Shown: piece after piece, positions 58,517-64,000 of the stretch
How the letters are laid out: each line of letters starts with the position of its first letter
Position numbering within the stretch: the stretch's first letter is position 1
From: an uncultured bacterium
GTDB taxonomy: Bacteria > Krumholzibacteriota > Krumholzibacteriia > G020349025
DNA length: 64,000 nucleotides
NCBI GenBank assembly: GCA_964567755.1
Contig: CAZMNW010000047.1
Coordinates: forward strand, 80,229 to 144,228
Direction of reading: 5' to 3'
The notes under the pieces: generated by a model
Told to the model about the DNA's origin: nothing
The model's input: only the letters and a program-made list of their open reading frames with translations
Databases searched by the model: none
Position numbers and translations under genes: made by a program

Positions 58517-58572
58517 CGCACGCGAGGCCGGCCCTGCCGGCCTCGTCGTTTTGCATCGTAGATGGAGACGAA

Positions 58573-59556
58573 TCATCCCTGCCGGCCACGCCGGCGCCGG
58601 CGTTCTTCGCGCAATGCCACGTCGTATTCCGTGTCGCGCCCGGCATGTTCGGCGTGGAAGCTCTGGATCGCATTCCAGGCCTCGCTCGCGGTCTCGGCAT
58701 AGCGGAACAGCTGCAAATCATTTTCGGCGATCGTGCCCTCGCGCGCCAGAAACTCGAGGTTCACCGCCTGCTCCCAGAATTCCTTGCCGAAGAGGATCAC
58801 GGGCAGCGCGCGCATCTTGTGCGTTTGCACCAAGGTCAGCGCTTCGAACAGCTCGTCGAAGGTGCCGTAGCCGCCAGGGAAGGCGACGAGCGCCCGCGCG
58901 CGCAGCAGGAAGTGCAGCTTGCGGATGGCGAAGTAGTGGAACTGGAAGCACAGCTCCGGGGTGATGAACGAATTGGGGCGCTGCTCCATCGGCAAGGTGA
59001 TGTTGAGACCGATGCTCTTGGCGCCGACGTCGAAGGCGCCGCGGTTCGCGGCTTCCATGACGCCGGGGCCGCCGCCGGTGACGATGACGTAGTCGCGGTC
59101 CCGGTCGCTCTGGGAGCTACGCGACACCAGCCGCGCGAACTCACGCGCCTCTTCGTAGTAGCGTGATTTGGCCAGGATGCGCCTTGCCACGGCCAGTCGC
59201 CGTTCGAGCTCCGGTGTCGACCCCGTGCGCTGAAGCTCTTGTTCGAGGGCGCGCACGCGGCTCTGCGCCAGCTTCTCCTCGACGATGCGCGTGCCGCCGA
59301 AGACGACGATGGTGGAGCGGATGCGATGCTGGCGCAACACGAGCTCCGGCTTGAGCAGCTCGAGCTGGAGTCGCACGGACCGCAGGTCGTGCCGCATGAT
59401 GAACTCGACATCTTCGTAGGCAGGGATATACGACGGCGAATCGAGGATGCGTTGCAGACGCGCCGCAGCGCCCGGGTCCTCGAGCTCGGCCGACAGCGCC
59501 GCGTGCGGCGCGATCGCGTCCAAGGGCTCGTCTTGCGGCGTCTCGCGCCCATTCAT
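58573..59556 (-). CDS. LOG-family protein (TIGR00730 Rossmann fold; cytokinin riboside 5'-monophosphate phosphoribohydrolase / nucleotide nucleosidase-like) with an insertion after strand beta-1
   Basis: 'RSTIVVFGGTRI' (beta-1), 'YVIVTGGGPGVMEAANRGA' and 'VAFPGGYGTFDELFEALTLVQT' are the LOG signature motifs. Start set at the ATG with a GGAGG ribosome-binding site ('MNGRETPQDEPL'). The six-frame ORF (to 59994) has an unconvincing 145-aa N-terminal extension. Confidence 0.75.
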   Translation of the reverse strand: MNGRETPQDEPLDAIAPHAALSAELEDPGAAARLQRILDSPSYIPAYEDVEFIMRHDLRSVRLQLELLKPELVLRQHRIRSTIVVFGGTRIVEEKLAQSRVRALEQELQRTGSTPELERRLAVARRILAKSRYYEEAREFARLVSRSSQSDRDRDYVIVTGGGPGVMEAANRGAFDVGAKSIGLNITLPMEQRPNSFITPELCFQFHYFAIRKLHFLLRARALVAFPGGYGTFDELFEALTLVQTHKMRALPVILFGKEFWEQAVNLEFLAREGTIAENDLQLFRYAETASEAWNAIQSFHAEHAGRDTEYDVALREERRRRRGRQG

Positions 59557-60097
59557 GACGCGCCTCCAGGGGAAGGTGTCGCCGAAGTTCCATGCCAGGG
59601 CGGGCAGGAGAATGTCACAAGATCGCCGCGGTCTTCCAGGAAATCTAGGGGACCAGGTCGGGAATCGCGCCCGTCCCTCGACATCTTGTGCGGCGGGGAA
59701 GAGGACCGGTCGGACGTGCGCCGGTGTGATGGGAACGCCGTCCGGTCCTTGCAGGACTGGCGGGCCGCGAATCACGCCTGTCGCAACGAGCAAACGGCGA
59801 CGACGGACTCGACGGGCGCCCGGCTGGCCGAGGAGAGCGGGGCACCAGCCGATGCTTGTCCGCTCCGATAACCGGCACCGTGGCAGATCGGAACCCCGCG
59901 AAACCGCGGGATCACGCCACCACGTCCCGAACAGGAACCATCCCAAAGGTAGGAAGGGGGGATATCCCCCGCAAGGGGCTCGGGACCAGACCATTGCCAG
60001 GTCGGTCCGGAGTCTCAGGTCTGCAGAATTTGCTCTGTTCTCCGCGGGCCGCGTGATTTTCCTCGATGATTCGGAGCAAAAATATCAGCGATCAGGC

Positions 60098-60127
60098 TTG
60101 ACGTTTCACGGAAGTGCCGCGTAGTAT
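60098..60127 (+). promoter_or_regulatory. Near-consensus sigma70-type promoter (TTGACG - 18 nt - TAGTAT) for the downstream secreted-protein gene
   Basis: TTGACG at 60098-60103 and TAGTAT at 60122-60127. About 40 nt downstream are a GAGGAGG ribosome-binding site and the GTG start at 60167. Confidence 0.45.
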
Positions 60128-60166
60128 TTCCCTCGTTCCGCTTAAACCGTCTCGAGGAGGCGCCCC

Positions 60167-60814
60167 GTGAAGTTTCGCCATTGCATGCTCTCAGCCGGGA
60201 TGCTCTTTGCCTTGCTCGCCGCCGCCGCCGCCGGCGCGAGCGCGCAGACAAGCTGCGGCAACAACGACTTCAATCTGACATCCGATGCTTCCGCCCAAGG
60301 ACTGCTCGTCGCCGGGAACTCGGGTTACCGCGGCTACGTCACGTCCGGGAACTTGGCGCCCGGCACGTGGTCGCTCACCATCAACGATACAGGCTGGCCG
60401 ACATCCACGAACTCGCGGCGGAATTACGTTCGCAGCAACTACTACACCTACGACTCGGTGAATCACGTGTTCCGTGCCACGTTCCCGACCACCATGGTGG
60501 CCTTCCAACTCATCAGCACGAACATGCAATTCAATGGCGTCGCGCAGGTGACGATGGAGGCTCCCGACACCGTGCCTTACGACGGCGTCATGAGCAACAC
60601 CGAGTTCAACGGGGCACAGACTTTCATCGCTTCCACTGACACACCCTGCGGAACGAGCACGCCCGTTTGCGGCGGTCCTGGATCGGGCCAAGGCAACGCG
60701 ATGGGCTCGGGCGGAGTGTCTTCGCCGATCATCGGCGCCATGACGACGCAGCCGTGTGCCGTCGCGGTCGAAAACCAGGTCTGGGGCGGCGTCAAGGTCC
60801 GGTTCCGCGACTGA
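60167..60814 (+). CDS. Secreted hypothetical protein (Thr/Ser/Asn/Gly-rich, Cys-containing) of unknown function
   Basis: GTG start with a GAGGAGG ribosome-binding site. Signal peptide 'MLSAGMLFALLAAAAAGASAQ'. Composition rich in T/S/N/G/Y, atypical for this GC-rich genome. I recognise no known domain. Confidence 0.55.
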   Translation: MKFRHCMLSAGMLFALLAAAAAGASAQTSCGNNDFNLTSDASAQGLLVAGNSGYRGYVTSGNLAPGTWSLTINDTGWPTSTNSRRNYVRSNYYTYDSVNHVFRATFPTTMVAFQLISTNMQFNGVAQVTMEAPDTVPYDGVMSNTEFNGAQTFIASTDTPCGTSTPVCGGPGSGQGNAMGSGGVSSPIIGAMTTQPCAVAVENQVWGGVKVRFRD

Positions 60815-60935
60815 ACGAGCTTCTCGCATTCCTCGAGAACGGCCGGCCACTTGCGCCGGCCGTTCTCGTTTTGGCCCAACGATTTGCACGCCTCCATCGA
60901 GACTCGCTATGATCACAGCCGGGAAGGAGTACCCG

Positions 60936-61706
60936 ATGACCCTCGATCTACGGCGAAGCTCTTCGGCTCTGATCGGCCTCGTGCTCTGCGTAACGGCGAG
61001 TCGCACCCTGGCCCAACCACCCTCCGAGCGACTGACCCTCACCACGGCGGACGGCCAGCAGATCTTCGCCTTTTGGTACGCGAAGGACATGACGCGGCAG
61101 AGCCCCGTCGCGCTGCTGTTGCACAACCCGGGTGCGACGCACTCCAACTGGCTGCCGATCCTCGAACCATTGCAACGCGCCGGTTTTCGGATTCTGGCCA
61201 TCGATTTCCGTGGTCATGGAGATTCGAAAGAAACCACGCCGGAAGCGTACGAGGCCATGCGGCAGCGCGATTCCACGCCCTACCGCGCCATGATTCACGA
61301 CGTCGAGGCCGCCGTGCAGTGGTTGATGCAAGAGCAGAAGATCGGCCCCGAACGCATCGGACTGATCGGCGGCGAGTTCGCCGCCAACCTCGCTCTCGAG
61401 GCCATGGCGCGCAACCGCGCGCTGGGTGCCGTCGTCGCCATGAGCCCGTCGAAGAATTATTTTTCCTTTCCGCTCGAAGCGACGACGAAAAAAATCGGCA
61501 ACAAGCCGATTTTCGTCATGGTCCCGAAGCAAATCCTGAACGAAGGCGCGAGCCAGATCCAAGAACAGCAACGCAACAACCCCGGCTTCGAGATCAAGAT
61601 CTACCCGAAATACGAGTTCCATGGAGTGCACACGCTCGGACTGTCCTGGCGGGTCGAAGACACCATCGCCACCTGGATGAAGAAAGTCTTCGGGCTCGAT
61701 CCCTGA
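60936..61706 (+). CDS. Secreted alpha/beta-hydrolase (dienelactone-hydrolase / S15-like fold)
   Basis: Signal peptide 'LIGLVLCVTASRTLAQ', 'LLHNPGATHSNW...ILAIDFRGHGDS', and a nucleophile-elbow-like 'IGLIGGEFAANLA' (G-x-nucleophile-x-G context). GGGAAGGAG ribosome-binding site. Confidence 0.65.
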   Translation: MTLDLRRSSSALIGLVLCVTASRTLAQPPSERLTLTTADGQQIFAFWYAKDMTRQSPVALLLHNPGATHSNWLPILEPLQRAGFRILAIDFRGHGDSKETTPEAYEAMRQRDSTPYRAMIHDVEAAVQWLMQEQKIGPERIGLIGGEFAANLALEAMARNRALGAVVAMSPSKNYFSFPLEATTKKIGNKPIFVMVPKQILNEGASQIQEQQRNNPGFEIKIYPKYEFHGVHTLGLSWRVEDTIATWMKKVFGLDP

Positions 61707-61899
61707 TCCGCGATCTTCCGTCGCCCGACTCGACCCCAGACCTCGGCTATCTCCTCCACGCACAACCGCTTTCGGCCCTGCCTTCGAGTCCGCTTTTCTT
61801 TGACCGCTAGCCCCCACTGTGATAGGAGTTTCCGGGTTCCATTTGAGAAGCCCCGTGAAGGCCCGTCGGGGGAAACCGGAGCGGCGGCGGAGGCACAGC

Positions 61900-63231
61900 A
61901 TGCACCGAGCGACGGTAGCCATCGTCGGCCGACCGAACGTCGGGAAATCGACGCTCTTCAACCGCATCCTGCGCCGGCGTGAAGCGCTCGTCCACGATCT
62001 ACCCGGCGTGACCCGCGATCGCCACTACGGGGCCACCACCTGGAACGGACGACCTTTCTACATCGTCGACACGGGGGGATTGTTGCCGCGTGCCGAGGGC
62101 ATGGATGCCTTGGTGCGCGAGAGCGCACTCGTGGCGCTCGACGAGGCGGATCTCCTGGTCGTGGTGGTCGATTTGCGCGCCGGCATCACGGACCTGGATC
62201 AAGAGCTCGCATCTCTGGTGCAACGACGCGCGAAACCGGCGCTGGTCGTGGTCAACAAGTGCGAATTCCTCGGGGACGGCGCCGCGAGCGAGTTCTGGAA
62301 GCTCGGACTCGGCGAGCCGTTGCCCATCTCGGCCTTGCACGGCGAGGGGACGGGTGAGCTGCTCGATCGCATCGTGGCGGGTCTGCCACAAGCGGCGCCG
62401 CCACCCATCACGGGCAACGCTGACCTGGCGGTCGCGATCGTCGGGCGCCCCAACGTCGGCAAAAGCTCGCTGGTGAACGCGCTCCTCGGCGAGCCCCGCG
62501 TCCTGGTGTCCCCGGAGCCCGGAACGACGCGCGACAGCATCGACTCGCGTCTGCGCTGGCACGGCCACGCCATCGATCTCGTCGACACCGCGGGGTTGCG
62601 ACGACGATCGCGCGTCCAGGAAGCCATCGAGACTTTCAGCGCGCTGCGCACGTTGCGCAGCATCGACCGCGCTGATGTCTGCGTGTTCCTCCTCGATGCG
62701 ACCATGCAGATCGCGCAGCAGGATGCACGCATCGCCGGGCGGATCCACCACGCCGGCAAAGGCCTGGTGGTTTGCTTCAACAAGTGGGATCTAGTGGAGA
62801 AGGATACGTCCACCGCCATCGCCTACGAACGCATCTTTCGCAGCCAGTTCCCCTTCGCACGCTACGCCCCGCTACTCTACGTCTCGGCGACACACGGGCA
62901 GCGCGTGCACAAGGTGCTGGAGAGCGCCTGGAGCGTCGGCGAAGCCCGCGCGCGCGCGTTTCCCACCGCGCAGGTCAACCGCGTGCTCGAAGACGCGACG
63001 CGCCGGCGGCCGCCGCATTACTACGGCGGCGGCAATGGCCAGGTGAAATACGGCCTGCAGGTGGGCGTCCGGCCGCCACGATTCGCGTTGTACGTCAACA
63101 ATCCGGAGTTCTTCGATCGCACGTATCTGCGCTACCTGAACAACATGTTGCGCGATGCCTTCGAGTTCCCCGGAACGCCGCTCCGCATCGAGCTGCGCAC
63201 GAGCCCCAGCGACGGCGTGGAGGTCGTATGA
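61900..63231 (+). CDS. der: Ribosome-biogenesis GTPase Der (EngA), tandem GTPase domains plus KH-like C-terminus
   Basis: G1 motifs 'IVGRPNVGKSTLFN' and 'IVGRPNVGKSSLVN', and 'DTGG'/'DTAG' G3 motifs in both GD1 and GD2. Confidence 0.95.
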   Translation: MHRATVAIVGRPNVGKSTLFNRILRRREALVHDLPGVTRDRHYGATTWNGRPFYIVDTGGLLPRAEGMDALVRESALVALDEADLLVVVVDLRAGITDLDQELASLVQRRAKPALVVVNKCEFLGDGAASEFWKLGLGEPLPISALHGEGTGELLDRIVAGLPQAAPPPITGNADLAVAIVGRPNVGKSSLVNALLGEPRVLVSPEPGTTRDSIDSRLRWHGHAIDLVDTAGLRRRSRVQEAIETFSALRTLRSIDRADVCVFLLDATMQIAQQDARIAGRIHHAGKGLVVCFNKWDLVEKDTSTAIAYERIFRSQFPFARYAPLLYVSATHGQRVHKVLESAWSVGEARARAFPTAQVNRVLEDATRRRPPHYYGGGNGQVKYGLQVGVRPPRFALYVNNPEFFDRTYLRYLNNMLRDAFEFPGTPLRIELRTSPSDGVEVV

Positions 63232-63893
63232 GACTCGCGGCCGCATTGGTGCTGTCCTATCTCGTGGGCTCGATCCCGTGGAGCCTGTTGGCGGCACGCC
63301 TCTTCGGCGGCGTCGACCTGCGCAAGGTCGGCAGCGGCAACCTGGGAGCGACAAATGTCTTCCGCGCCCTCGGGGCCTGGACGGCGCTCGCGGTGCTGGC
63401 GCTCGATGCAGCCAAGGGCGCCGTCGCGGTTCTGCTCATCGCGCGTTTGCCGTCGCCCGTCCTCGGGCCGGGCGGGGGAGCGACGTTGTGCGGTCTGGCT
63501 GCTATTCTCGGTCACATGTTCCCGTTCTATCTCGGTTTCCGTGGCGGCAAGGGCATCGCCACCTCCGCCGGAGTTTTCGCCGCGCTCGAACCGACTGCTT
63601 TCTGCGTGTGTCTGGGTGTGTTCGCCATCGCATTCCTGGCCTCCGGCGGCATTGTGTCGCTTGGCAGTCTGCTCGGATCGCTGGCGCTGCCGATTGCGAT
63701 CGGCGTTTCCGGCGCTGCACGCGACTCGATCGATTGGACGCGCCTACTGCTCGTCTGTGCCCTTGTCGTCGTCGTCTGGGTCCGGCACGCGGCCAACATC
63801 CAGCGCCTCGTTCGCGGCAACGAAAAAGGCCTCTTGCGACAGAGGCGCAACCAAGGTGCCGCATTGACAGGCGTGCAGGAGGAGATGCGATGA
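63228..63893 (+). CDS. plsY: Glycerol-3-phosphate acyltransferase PlsY
   Basis: 'LVGSIPWSLLAARLFGGVDLRKVGSGNLGATNVFRALG' and 'GGKGIATSAG'. ATG overlaps the der stop (ATGA). Confidence 0.9.
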   Translation: MRLAAALVLSYLVGSIPWSLLAARLFGGVDLRKVGSGNLGATNVFRALGAWTALAVLALDAAKGAVAVLLIARLPSPVLGPGGGATLCGLAAILGHMFPFYLGFRGGKGIATSAGVFAALEPTAFCVCLGVFAIAFLASGGIVSLGSLLGSLALPIAIGVSGAARDSIDWTRLLLVCALVVVVWVRHAANIQRLVRGNEKGLLRQRRNQGAALTGVQEEMR

Positions 63894-64000
63894 GCACTGT
63901 CGCGATCCTCGGCGCGGGCAGCTGGGGAACGGCGCTCGCCGTGCTCTTGGCAGAGAAAAGGCCCTGGCTGTGGGACCACCGGCCCGAGCGCGCCGCCGCG
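63890..64000 (+). CDS. gpsA: Glycerol-3-phosphate dehydrogenase [NAD(P)+] GpsA, 3'-truncated by the window edge
   Basis: 'MSTVAILGAGSWGTALAVLLAEK' (GxGxxG Rossmann N-terminus). ATG overlaps the plsY stop. Canonical plsY-gpsA pairing. Confidence 0.8.
   Translation, partial: MSTVAILGAGSWGTALAVLLAEKRPWLWDHRPERAAA

Noticed and set aside
59557-59994. 145-aa N-terminal extension of the LOG-family ORF (473-aa version, PpnN-like length)
   Set aside because: The extension is Trp/Pro/Arg-rich with no resemblance to the PpnN N-domain. A ribosome-binding-site-preceded ATG at 59556 yields a LOG protein beginning shortly before the beta-1 'IVVFGG' strand. The C-terminal half already accounts for the family motifs.

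Overview
This is a high-GC (roughly 68-70%) bacterial chromosomal segment, almost entirely coding, with most genes on the + strand and many 4-nt start/stop overlaps (ATGA/GTGA) indicating operons. From the translations I recognise core housekeeping genes: purH (5' partial), secA, topA, xerC, hslV, hslU, dapA, dapB, proS, rpsT (- strand), uvrC, xerD, trpS, scpA, scpB, an RluB/RsuA-type pseudouridine synthase, a DAHP synthase, a cmk-plsC fusion, rpsA, mutS, mutL, miaA, tRNA-Gly(CCC), der, plsY and gpsA (3' partial). Interleaved with these are envelope and secreted proteins: an M6-type metalloprotease, a lytic transglycosylase, an NHL-repeat protein, a polyprenol-kinase-like membrane protein, TPR proteins, a membrane-anchored PQQ beta-propeller, a TolB-propeller/beta-barrel outer-membrane protein, a Wzi-like beta-barrel, LapA/LapB-like proteins and a SPOR protein. 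A convergent - strand pair encodes a multicopper oxidase and an FG-GAP/ASPIC protein. Three large secreted proteins carry T9SS-type C-terminal sorting domains (ending K-L/F-x-V-x-R), which together with the GC content suggests a Gemmatimonadota-like or FCB-related lineage; that lineage call is inference only. The most unusual stretch is a 1.2-kb non-coding island of lower GC at 29161-30351, between convergent genes, containing about five degenerate ~65-bp tandem repeats and an inverted repeat. Other notable points are a Cmk-PlsC fusion, an S1 protein with a ~105-aa RG-rich N-terminal extension, a multi-GAF/degenerate-GGDEF regulator between mutS and mutL, and a compositionally atypical secreted protein driven by a near-consensus sigma70 promoter. 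The many long antisense ORFs in the six-frame track are GC-rich frame artifacts.
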